A DNA stretch of 64,000 nucleotides from Hyphomonadaceae bacterium (GTDB lineage: Bacteria > Pseudomonadota > Alphaproteobacteria > Caulobacterales > Hyphomonadaceae). Each line of letters starts with the position of its first letter. The first letter of the stretch is position 1. Of the stretch, positions 40,653 through 49,137 are shown in pieces. The stretch is taken from NCBI GenBank assembly GCA_043513745.1, contig CP121341.1:298599-362598 (forward strand). The letters run 5' to 3'. A program made the position numbers and the translations under genes. Below the pieces are notes generated by a model that saw nothing but the letters and a program-made list of their open reading frames with translations, searched no databases and was not told the origin of the DNA.

Positions 40653-42184
40653 TTGCCCTCAGGCTCGGCGACGACGCGGAAGCCAAGAGAACGATCGCGA
40701 ACGGAGCGTTCGTTGCGCGCACGATTGGCCGCGCGGTGCTCAGCAGCGCCGAGACGCCAGGACCCGCCCCGCACGACGAAAAGCTGGCAGCCCGACCTGC
40801 TGACAACGCGTCCATCACTTGGCGCGTCCGCGTAATTGTTGACATAGCAGTCCGCGACCCATTCGCGGACATTTCCCAACATGCCTGAAACGCCGAATGG
40901 ATTGTCCGGAAGGCTGACCGTATCCGAAATTCCCCCACTCACGGCACCTTTGCCGGGAAAACTCGTCCCCCACCAATAAGGCGTGTCTTTTCCGCCGCGC
41001 GCCGCATATTCCCATTGGGCTTCACTCGGCAGGCGATACCGGCGCTCACCTTGCTGAGACAGCCAAGTCGTGTAGGCCACGGCGTCATCATAGCTCACGC
41101 GCGTGACGGGCTCGCTGCTATCTCCACCTGGATCTGCGCGGCAGGCACCGGCATCGGCACAAAGCTGCCATTGCTGCCGAGTGATTTCAGTGGCGCTGAT
41201 TGAAAATGGGCGCAGCGTAACCTCACGCCGTGGGCCCTCATTTCCCGACCGATTCGCCTCCGAAGCGGGCGACCCCATCGTGAAACTCCCGCCAGGTAAG
41301 TCGACCATATCGGGACAGACGGCGCAGCTCGCCGTTGCGGGCGGAGGTGGTGGCTCCACGTCCGGGCCTGGACCGGGCGCGGGCGGATTGAGCGCCTGCA
41401 TTCCAAACCATCCACCTATGCCCAGCACAGCAACCGCGCCGACCAGCATGGGCAGCGGGCTCGAAGACTTTTTCTTTTCCGTCTTTATCGCCTTCTCCGC
41501 AACTGGCGCAGGCGCTGCGGGTTTGGGTGTTGGTTTCGGCTCGGGCGGCGCCGGCTCCGGCGTTTTTGGTGCGGGTGTAGTTGCGCCCGCCGCCGCCTGC
41601 ACAGCCACCAATCGATTGCGCGCCAGTGCCGCATAATGACCGTCAGGATAACGACTGAGATAGGCCTCGAAGTCTGCAGGATCATCACCATCCTTGATTG
41701 ACGTCCAGAACACAGTCTCGATCGTGGCGTCGTTCTGCGCTGATGGAACTGCAGGAGCCGCCGCTGCGCTCGCAGCCGTTTCGGCTGCGGTATGCTTGTC
41801 CAGTGAGCGCTTGATGTCGGCAACAAATTCCGCCCAACGCGCTTCGTTGCGGTCGCCATTCCAGCCAATCAGGTCAGCGGTTTGCGTCAGCTCGAACATG
41901 ATTGGCCGATCGGCCTCTTCGATCATCGCCGGTACCATCTCACAGCTGCGTTGCCCGAGCGTTGCTTCGGCGCGCACCCATTTGGATTTCACAGAAGTCT
42001 GCGACCAGAGCACCACGACAACGGCGGAGTCGCGGAGCATATTTTCCGTCACTTCGTCATAGGTCTGTCCAGCGCGCAGCACCTTATCCCACCAGACCGA
42101 AAACCCCTCAGCCTCCAGCGCCTCGGCGATCACTTGCGCGATCGGTCGATCCGCTCTGCTATAGGATAAGAATATGTGCGACAT
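40649..42184 (-). CDS. TIR domain / TM / FGE-sulfatase (SUMF1-like) domain protein
   Basis: IFLSYSRAD..VWWD..WSQTSVKSKWVRAEA (TIR); DPADFEAYL..YPDG repeat; PDMV, RLPSEAQWEYAARGG, GNVREW, VRGGSW, GFRV (FGE-like). Confidence 0.88.
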   Translation of the reverse strand: MSHIFLSYSRADRPIAQVIAEALEAEGFSVWWDKVLRAGQTYDEVTENMLRDSAVVVVLWSQTSVKSKWVRAEATLGQRSCEMVPAMIEEADRPIMFELTQTADLIGWNGDRNEARWAEFVADIKRSLDKHTAAETAASAAAAPAVPSAQNDATIETVFWTSIKDGDDPADFEAYLSRYPDGHYAALARNRLVAVQAAAGATTPAPKTPEPAPPEPKPTPKPAAPAPVAEKAIKTEKKKSSSPLPMLVGAVAVLGIGGWFGMQALNPPAPGPGPDVEPPPPPATASCAVCPDMVDLPGGSFTMGSPASEANRSGNEGPRREVTLRPFSISATEITRQQWQLCADAGACRADPGGDSSEPVTRVSYDDAVAYTTWLSQQGERRYRLPSEAQWEYAARGGKDTPYWWGTSFPGKGAVSGGISDTVSLPDNPFGVSGMLGNVREWVADCYVNNYADAPSDGRVVSRSGCQLFVVRGGSWRLGAAEHRAANRARNERSVRDRSLGFRVVAEPEGN

Positions 42185-42396
42185 CGTCCCCGGCCCCTGT
42201 GTTTTGTTATGCTTAAAGCGACCTTGCCCTCAGCCATGACACAAAACTTCGTCAATCCAAAGCAGAAGTTCAGTCGAAGCGCACACGGCACGGTTTCGAA
42301 AAATCTTTTTAATACAGCCTGCAAGCGCGAAACCTTCTTGCCAGCTGCGAAGTGAACGTGTTTCGTGTGCGGGATGGATAAGCCAGGGACGGGCGT

Positions 42397-43557
42397 ATGA
42401 CTTTTCGCTTCAATGACGAACTATTATTGTCGGAAGAAGACCGAGCCCTCGCTGCGCGGACTTACCCGAATGTGTTTTTCGCTTTGGATCATCCTGAACT
42501 GCGAGACGAGTTCCAGCGCGTAGATCGCGCTGCGGTGGCCGCGAAACGGAGGTCTCGATGGATTGGTTGCGCGGCATTGGTTTTTGCCACCTTGTCGCTA
42601 CTCGCCTTTCCGGTTGATGTTGTCATCAAGGGGATCTGGACGAATGAGGCGGATCACAAACCCATTCTCAACTACCTGGCCATTGCCGGTGCCTGTTTTG
42701 GCATTCTGGCGCTAATATTCGGGAATATCGGCCTTGGCTTTGGCAAAGTAAAACGCGGCTGGCTGATGAAGCGCCTGATCACCGAACGCCTCCGCCAATG
42801 GCACGCGCAATATATCGCCGCCCACTCCGTCGAGATCGCCGTCGCGGCTGAGCAACCAGAGGCAAAGGCTACCTGGTTGGACCAGCGCGATCTCAGCTTC
42901 AAACGCTTCAAGCGAAACTTCATCGATCAGATTTCCAGCGAGTACACCAAATACACCCACGCCTCTGCTGCCGCGCATTCCGGCCAGAGCGTGACCGATC
43001 CTAAAGCCGAAACCGCCTTCTGGATCGAGGATGCTTGGGCAGGCAAAGCCGCAATGAAACCTGACAAGGTGCATCAGGACCCGCTCGACGAAATATGTCG
43101 CGCTCTGCATGAAACCCGGATGCGGGGGCAAATACAGTACACCAACTATGTGCTGTCGTCGGAAGGAAAGTTCTGGTCCTCGCCCTCCAAGCAGCTGCAT
43201 ATTCTCGGAAATCTCAGCTATTTGCTCGTCGTTTTTGCGTTCATCGCAAACTTCATCGCTCTCGGCGCTGCGGTCTGGGGACCGTTCGTAGAAAGCACCT
43301 CCGTCCTGAGCGCGCTGGCAATCGCCTTCGCAATCCTCGCCGTCGGCGTCCGGGCAATGTTGGAGGGCCTGCGTCCGCAGCGCGAGACACGGCGGATGCA
43401 ATTCTATGCGGGTGCAATTAACCGCGCCGACCGCGATTTCGATACAGCGCGCACCCATGCCAAACGTATCGCCGCCTTCAGCAAACTGGAGCGCGCGTCC
43501 TACGATGAAATGGTCGAGTTTATCAGCTCCAACGAACGCGCAAGATTTGTGCTCTAG
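42397..43557 (+). CDS. Four-TM protein resembling tandem SLATT (DUF4231-like) domains
   Basis: Helix-2TM-W..KR..TERLR unit followed by R..GQ..Y-2TM-R..R..Y unit; pattern recognised by eye. Confidence 0.55.
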   Translation: MTFRFNDELLLSEEDRALAARTYPNVFFALDHPELRDEFQRVDRAAVAAKRRSRWIGCAALVFATLSLLAFPVDVVIKGIWTNEADHKPILNYLAIAGACFGILALIFGNIGLGFGKVKRGWLMKRLITERLRQWHAQYIAAHSVEIAVAAEQPEAKATWLDQRDLSFKRFKRNFIDQISSEYTKYTHASAAAHSGQSVTDPKAETAFWIEDAWAGKAAMKPDKVHQDPLDEICRALHETRMRGQIQYTNYVLSSEGKFWSSPSKQLHILGNLSYLLVVFAFIANFIALGAAVWGPFVESTSVLSALAIAFAILAVGVRAMLEGLRPQRETRRMQFYAGAINRADRDFDTARTHAKRIAAFSKLERASYDEMVEFISSNERARFVL

Positions 43558-44552
43558 CGCCCCGCGCAAGCCTCAAGGGCGAGATTATCGACCTCAAGCG
43601 CTGCCGCAACCCGATACGGCGCATCCGTCGCAAGCATTGTAAGACCGCCATCGGCCAGGGCCTGAAACTCACTTGGATCGCCATCTGACCAATAGACATC
43701 ATCCAAGCGCTCACCCGCCCGACCAAGCGTGCCAAACGCTGTCTCGACACCGCGATTACCAATCGCTTCAAAGGCGCGCGTATTTGGATTGCTGATCCCC
43801 ATCCAGGCGACGACTTTGTCAAAGTCGACCCCTTGCGCCGCCAGCTCGTCCTGGTGATCGCGGCTGTTGACGCTCGCAGTCATCATCAGATCTGGCGCGA
43901 GCCGGGCCACCTCAACAGCCTGATTGTCATTATAGGTGATCAGCACGACATTTTCCTCAGCCTCTGCCGCGCGCACGAGCGAGATGATATTGCGAAAACT
44001 CGTGGTGGGCTTCTTGTCGAGCTCAACAATTGCCCCGGTCGACTTCGCCCAGAGCAGGACGTCGGTCAATTTCGGCGCCTGAAACGAAGTGATCGCTCCG
44101 TCATTGTCTTTGAGGTTCAGCGTCCGGACCGTCTCCCAGTCCGTGTCGGCAACAAATCCGCTTCCCGTCGTTGTTCGGCCAAGGCTGCGATCGTGCATCA
44201 GGAACAATACCCCGTCCCGACTTTCCGCAACATCAATCTCATGGATCAGGATCCCCTGGTCGAGACCATATTGCATCGTCTCGATGGCGTTTTCGGGATA
44301 GCCTGGGGCGGGTCCGCCGCGATGTGACGCGATCAACAGGCCGCCACTCTCACGTACGCAGTCGAAGAATTCGGGCAGAGGTCCGACAGAGTATCCTTCG
44401 ACAGGTTCTAACTGCGTGAGATCCGTCCGCTCAACAGCACCTTCAGCAGCGCTTTCTAAGATTTGTGGCGGGTCAAACTCCCCGGCCTCCGGCTGACACG
44501 CAGAGAGACAAAAACTCGCCACGGCGAGTGTAATTGGGAGAAGACGTCGCAT
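43554..44552 (-). CDS. Glycerophosphodiester phosphodiesterase, lipoprotein
   Basis: SHRGG, PENAI, EID, LMHD motifs; LSAC lipobox. Confidence 0.9.
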   Translation of the reverse strand: MRRLLPITLAVASFCLSACQPEAGEFDPPQILESAAEGAVERTDLTQLEPVEGYSVGPLPEFFDCVRESGGLLIASHRGGPAPGYPENAIETMQYGLDQGILIHEIDVAESRDGVLFLMHDRSLGRTTTGSGFVADTDWETVRTLNLKDNDGAITSFQAPKLTDVLLWAKSTGAIVELDKKPTTSFRNIISLVRAAEAEENVVLITYNDNQAVEVARLAPDLMMTASVNSRDHQDELAAQGVDFDKVVAWMGISNPNTRAFEAIGNRGVETAFGTLGRAGERLDDVYWSDGDPSEFQALADGGLTMLATDAPYRVAAALEVDNLALEACAGR

Positions 44553-44654
44553 GCTATATCACTTTCGATTCTTGCCGAGCCTGTATCGTCAACCTACAAC
44601 AATCCTCAGGCCTCGAAAGGGGCGAGAACACTACAGATTTATGGAGGATAACCG

Positions 44655-46280
44655 ATGCACGGCATCATGCAGGACTGGCAGCTCACAACCAACAAGATTC
44701 TGGAGCACGCAAAACGTATCAACCCAACCCGCGAGATTATCACGCGCCGCGTCGGAGGCGAGATCGTTCGCACCAGCTATTCCCAGCTGCACGATCTATC
44801 CAAACAGGTCTCTGGTGCCCTGATCGAAGGCGGCATCGGTCTCGGCGACCGAGTTGCAACGCTAGGATGGAACTCGGCCCGACACATGGCCGCCTGGTAC
44901 GGCACGATGGGCATTGGCGCCGTCCTGCACACGATCAACCCGCGTCTCCACCCGGATCAGATCGCTTGGATCGCCAATCACGCCGAAGACAAAGTGCTGA
45001 TCCTCGACACCACGTTCCTTCCCATCATTGAGGCGGTGAAAGACAAGTTCGAGACGATCAAAACCTACGTGATTTTTGCCGACGCCGACAATATGCCGGA
45101 AAACTCGCTCGGCGCGATTGCCTTTGATGACTGGGTGGCGGGTAAATCTCTCAATGCCAGCTGGGGCGACTTCCCGGAAGAGACGGCCTGCGGGCTCTGC
45201 TACACTTCGGGCACAACCGGAAACCCGAAAGGCGTGCTTTATTCGCACCGCTCGAACGTCCTACACACCATGATCACAATGTCCAAGGATGCCATGGGCA
45301 TGGGCTCGGATGATGTCGTCCTGCCCGTCGTGCCGATGTTCCACGCCAATGCCTGGGGCCTCGCGTTTGGTTGCCCGGCCACCGGCGCCAATATGGTCAT
45401 GCCGGGTGCGCAAATGGACGGCGCCAGCATCTATGAGCTGCTCGACACCGAGAAAGTGACCATTACCGCGGCGGTGCCGACGGTCTGGCTCGGCCTGCTC
45501 GGCTATCTACGCGAGAACAATCTCAAGCTGCCGCATCTACGCAAAGTTGTCATCGGCGGCTCCGCTGTGCCGGAAGCCATTCTGCGCGCCTTCGAGACCG
45601 AGTTCGAAGTTGATGTCATTCACGCCTGGGGCATGACCGAAACCAGTCCGCTCGGCACACTTGGCACCCTACCTCCGCACTTGATGGACGCCGATATCGA
45701 CACCCGGATGACGCAAAAACTCAAGCAAGGCCGTCCACCATTTGGGGTCGAGCTCAAAATTGTTGATGACGAGAACAATGACCTCGCCTGGGATGGCGAA
45801 ACGTCTGGACGCCTTGTCGTACGGGGCCCGGCCATCGCAGCTGGATACTTCAAGGGCGATGGCGGCAATGTTCTGGATGAGAACGGCTTCTTCGACACGG
45901 GTGATGTCGCCAATATGGACCAGTTCGGCACCATGCAGATCACTGATCGCGCCAAGGACGTGATCAAATCAGGCGGCGAGTGGATCAGCTCGATCGATAT
46001 TGAAAACATCGCCGTTGGTCACCCTAAAGTGGCGAATGCGGCCGCGATTGGCATCTATCACCCGAAATGGGATGAGCGTCCGCTCTTAATCATTCAGGCG
46101 GCGCCAGGCGAAGAACCATCCAAGGAAGAGCTACTCGCACAACTGGAAGGCAAGATCGCCAAATGGTGGACACCGGATGATGTCGCTTTCATTGACGAGA
46201 TCCCACTCGGCGCGACCGGCAAGATCAACAAGCTGAAACTGCGTGAGATCTTCAAGGACTATAAGCTGCCAACAGCCTAG
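44655..46280 (+). CDS. Long-chain fatty-acid--CoA ligase (AMP-binding family)
   Basis: [41 protein letters not shown]. Confidence 0.93.
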   Translation: MHGIMQDWQLTTNKILEHAKRINPTREIITRRVGGEIVRTSYSQLHDLSKQVSGALIEGGIGLGDRVATLGWNSARHMAAWYGTMGIGAVLHTINPRLHPDQIAWIANHAEDKVLILDTTFLPIIEAVKDKFETIKTYVIFADADNMPENSLGAIAFDDWVAGKSLNASWGDFPEETACGLCYTSGTTGNPKGVLYSHRSNVLHTMITMSKDAMGMGSDDVVLPVVPMFHANAWGLAFGCPATGANMVMPGAQMDGASIYELLDTEKVTITAAVPTVWLGLLGYLRENNLKLPHLRKVVIGGSAVPEAILRAFETEFEVDVIHAWGMTETSPLGTLGTLPPHLMDADIDTRMTQKLKQGRPPFGVELKIVDDENNDLAWDGETSGRLVVRGPAIAAGYFKGDGGNVLDENGFFDTGDVANMDQFGTMQITDRAKDVIKSGGEWISSIDIENIAVGHPKVANAAAIGIYHPKWDERPLLIIQAAPGEEPSKEELLAQLEGKIAKWWTPDDVAFIDEIPLGATGKINKLKLREIFKDYKLPTA

Positions 46281-46304
46281 TTCGGTCGACAGCCACGTAT
46301 CAAG

Positions 46305-46340
46305 ACACCCGGCGGTCCTCTCAGGCCCTCCGGGTGTTTT
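46305..46340 (+). terminator. Rho-independent terminator
   Basis: ACACCCGG...CCGGGTGT followed by TTT. Confidence 0.7.
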
Positions 46341-46452
46341 AAATTGGGCCGAGGTCCCACCCGTTCACGCCGCATAAACCTTAAATCGGCAAGCTCTGAG
46401 AGTTAATCTTGTCTGCCTTAAACCAGACGTAATTAAACCTGAGACAGCTTGC

Positions 46453-47166
46453 ATGAGTTTCGTCCTGAGCATCGCGTTTCCACTGATCGTTGGCACCGGC
46501 CCAATGGACGAGGCCTTGCGCGCGACTGAAGCGCCAGACAGCCTGCGCGCGGCCTTCACCGTCGAAATGAGCAGCGCTAAAGCCAGCCGCACATTTGCCT
46601 TCGACCCGCGAGAGCCGGACGGGCGGCGCTGGCGTCTGATCATCGCGCGCGGAGAGGATGGCGACCTGGACCAGGCCGCAGCGGCCTGGGGCGCAGAAGC
46701 CGCGCCAGATGGGCGTCTGTTTCCGGACGATTTGCGCGCCAGTTTCGGCGAAACGGTTTATGTCGACGATATGGGCCCGGCCTGGCGGTTGAAGTTCCAG
46801 CACGCCCCCTCAGCGAATGATGGCGCGCTTGATATCTGGGCGACGCAACGCCTTCAGGCGGAGGCATGGATGGAACCCGGGGATGGCCGCTTCATGCGGA
46901 TCGATTACGCCCTACCCCGCCCGGTTCGAGGGCCAAAAGGCGGGCGCCTCACGCGGTTCGAGCAAAGCTATCTTCTCGAGACGGAACCGGAATGGGGGCT
47001 GACTTATGTGTCCCAGTTCCAGCTCAATTTTGAAGCCAAGGCGGCGTTCCGAACGATCCGCCAGAACTATACCGCGGTGATCACCGAAGCGACCTTCTTT
47101 TTTGCCAGTCCGGAGCTGGAACAGCATTTCGTCTCAGCCCAGCTGGAGCCGGTGTGGCCACGCTGA
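46453..47166 (+). CDS. Hypothetical exported protein
   Basis: 237-aa ORF with hydrophobic N-terminus and host-like codon usage. Confidence 0.7.
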   Translation: MSFVLSIAFPLIVGTGPMDEALRATEAPDSLRAAFTVEMSSAKASRTFAFDPREPDGRRWRLIIARGEDGDLDQAAAAWGAEAAPDGRLFPDDLRASFGETVYVDDMGPAWRLKFQHAPSANDGALDIWATQRLQAEAWMEPGDGRFMRIDYALPRPVRGPKGGRLTRFEQSYLLETEPEWGLTYVSQFQLNFEAKAAFRTIRQNYTAVITEATFFFASPELEQHFVSAQLEPVWPR

Positions 47167-47227
47167 AATTGGCGCATAAGAATGGTTGCGGAGCGCCAAA
47201 GCGCGGTGTATGCAGCGCGCTTCTGAT

Positions 47228-47304
47228 GGTTCGGTAGCTCAGCTGGTTAGAGCGCACGACTCATAATCGTGAGGTCGGGAGTTCAAGTCTCCCCCGAACC
47301 ACCA
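47228..47304 (+). tRNA. tRNA with CAT anticodon (elongator Met or Ile2), CCA encoded
   Basis: Acceptor stem GGTTCGG/CCGAACC, D arm, anticodon arm CACGA-CTCATAA-TCGTG, GTTCAAG T loop; G1-C72 pair excludes the initiator type. Confidence 0.93.
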
Positions 47305-48453
47305 TTCACTACCTTGATTTTCAATGATTTTTATCTGCTCCAGCATATAGTCGGAGATAGAGGTGTAACGCAATTGTAACGCAACCTCCGAGAGGAACGC
47401 ATCAATAGCTGCGGTAGACTTGAAGAGGTATGACGGATCAAAGGGAGCGTAGATCTCTGTCGTGCTCACATCGGGAGATTTGTGACCGAGCTGCGCAGCG
47501 ACCTCCCACGCAGGAACGCTGCTTTTTCTCAGCCATCGGGCCATCGTGTGACGAAGGCCATAAGGTTGAACGGCCGCGTCCAACTTCGTTGCTTTTCGAA
47601 CTGTTCGCCAAGCGGTGCGAATGCTCTTTACGGGCGTTCCTTTGAATTCAATGACGTGGCCTGTTTGACTCAATTCCTGTTGCTTCAGCAGCCAAGGTTT
47701 GACGGTCTGCGGGATTTTTACTTGAGGGCGAAATTTAAGTGTCTGCTCTCGTCCCTTTGGATTGAGATCGATTAGATCATTGCGAAAATCGACCTGTTCG
47801 AACTTCAGGTCCAGGATCGCTCTATTCCGAGACGTGCCGGAGATCATCATCACGATGAACGCTTTCAAATGATACTCGGCATTGTCGATGAGCTCCGCCA
47901 CTTCCTCGACCTCCAGCGGACGCCCTTTTGGCGGCGGCGTCGGCACCTTGACGAGTTCTATGTAAGGGACTGACGCGAGCTCACCTCTTTTCCACGCCCA
48001 ATTCAACGCCGCCTTTCCGACCGTGAGAATCTGCCGCATAGAATTCTTCGAGAGGTTCATTTCATTCTGTAGATACTCTCGGTACGCTTGCTGCCGCGCT
48101 GGGGCGCACGCCTCTTTGACCGTGGCTGTTTTGTGAAAGTCTAACCAATATCGCAGGTAGCGCTGAACGTTATCGTGGCTGCGCAGCTTGGATCCATATT
48201 GTTCATAGTAACGAGCGAAAAGTTCGGCGAGCGTGGATTCTTCAGGCGCCTCTTCAGTTTTCGTATGAAAAAGCACAAACCAGTCGGTTAGTGCTTGCCT
48301 GGCTTTGTCAAAATCCGATGTGCCGAGGCTAATGCGGCGTGTTTGTCGAGCTTCGTTGTCAAACCAGGTTCTGTACCACGCTTCACTCTTAGGCCGCTTC
48401 GATAACCAGAATTCGCCGATCTGAAATGGCTTCTCCGAGTTGTATCTGGGCAT
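47239..48453 (-). CDS. Tyrosine integrase; C-terminus encoded antisense across att and the tRNA
   Basis: R..AILDL, YGLRHT, LGH and EIYA catalytic motifs; ATG 48453 with RBS GGAGAG; last 21 residues are tRNA antisense. Confidence 0.92.
   Translation of the reverse strand: MPRYNSEKPFQIGEFWLSKRPKSEAWYRTWFDNEARQTRRISLGTSDFDKARQALTDWFVLFHTKTEEAPEESTLAELFARYYEQYGSKLRSHDNVQRYLRYWLDFHKTATVKEACAPARQQAYREYLQNEMNLSKNSMRQILTVGKAALNWAWKRGELASVPYIELVKVPTPPPKGRPLEVEEVAELIDNAEYHLKAFIVMMISGTSRNRAILDLKFEQVDFRNDLIDLNPKGREQTLKFRPQVKIPQTVKPWLLKQQELSQTGHVIEFKGTPVKSIRTAWRTVRKATKLDAAVQPYGLRHTMARWLRKSSVPAWEVAAQLGHKSPDVSTTEIYAPFDPSYLFKSTAAIDAFLSEVALQLRYTSISDYMLEQIKIIENQGSEWWFGGDLNSRPHDYESCALTS
47364..47384. repeat. 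Tandem TGTAACGCAA repeat, probable integrase arm-type sites
   Basis: TGTAACGCAA-T-TGTAACGCAA, 60 bp from the tRNA end. Confidence 0.65.
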
Positions 48454-48692
48454 GGTTCGCTCTCCATTGAATTCACCAAACATTGAATCAACTGGAACCC
48501 GAAAAAGCAAATCTTTCTGGGGGAAACTCGAACAAATTCGATATCGCCGCTATTACGCAATCGTCTCAACGAGACGATTGAAAGATTGAGGACTTCCGCT
48601 GCTTCTCGCTCGCTGTATTTTCTATACAAATTCAGGCCCTGCGCCTCTGCGATACGTTCGTGGAATTCCGATAGTTCAGGTATCTCATTCAT
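48288..48692 (-). CDS. Excisionase-like HTH_17 protein overlapping int by 166 nt
   Basis: YSEREAAEVLNLSIVSLRRLRNSGDIEFVRVSPRKI; ATG overlaps the copG stop (ATGAATGA). Confidence 0.75.
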   Translation of the reverse strand: MNEIPELSEFHERIAEAQGLNLYRKYSEREAAEVLNLSIVSLRRLRNSGDIEFVRVSPRKICFFGFQLIQCLVNSMESEPCPDTTRRSHFRSANSGYRSGLRVKRGTEPGLTTKLDKHAALASAHRILTKPGKH

Positions 48693-49137
48693 TCGGGCAA
48701 CCCTCCGAAGAAGAGGTGCCATCAGTTCTGCGGATCAATGAAGCGTTTGAATTCTCAAGCACGCCGCCGGCGGATAAGTTTCGAGCCACTTGATTGAGGA
48801 AATGATCGTAACGCCTTTTTCCAAGGGACTGCGCCGCATCTCGCTCGCCATCCGGTATCGGCTCCATCCGGGTGAGCCAATAAAGAACGTAATGACAAAT
48901 TGTCTCGAGACAGACTGCGATATCTCGTTCAATTGCTCCCTGGCGTATGTCGAACTTATCCAGTCGATCGAGTAAACGCTCTTCCAATCCCAGTTTTGAG
49001 TCAGGGCAAAAATACGCGCGCAAGGCTGTCTCAATGATGGCCGTTTTGGTTACGCCAGGGCGGCGCGCCTCCTCATAGAGCAGTGCGTGCAGATCGGTTG
49101 GAATGTGAATATTGATCCGAGGTTTGGCCATGCTCAA
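48685..49137 (-). CDS. CopG-like ribbon-helix-helix protein (Tn4371-type, follows traG)
   Basis: RINIHI..EARRPGVTKTAIIETAL; ATGA overlap with traG. Confidence 0.85.
   Translation of the reverse strand: MSMAKPRINIHIPTDLHALLYEEARRPGVTKTAIIETALRAYFCPDSKLGLEERLLDRLDKFDIRQGAIERDIAVCLETICHYVLYWLTRMEPIPDGERDAAQSLGKRRYDHFLNQVARNLSAGGVLENSNASLIRRTDGTSSSEGCPNE

Noticed and set aside
44655-46280. Calling the acyl-CoA ligase DmdB (DMSP pathway)
   Set aside because: Family resemblance only; no dmd genes nearby, and substrate cannot be read from the sequence.
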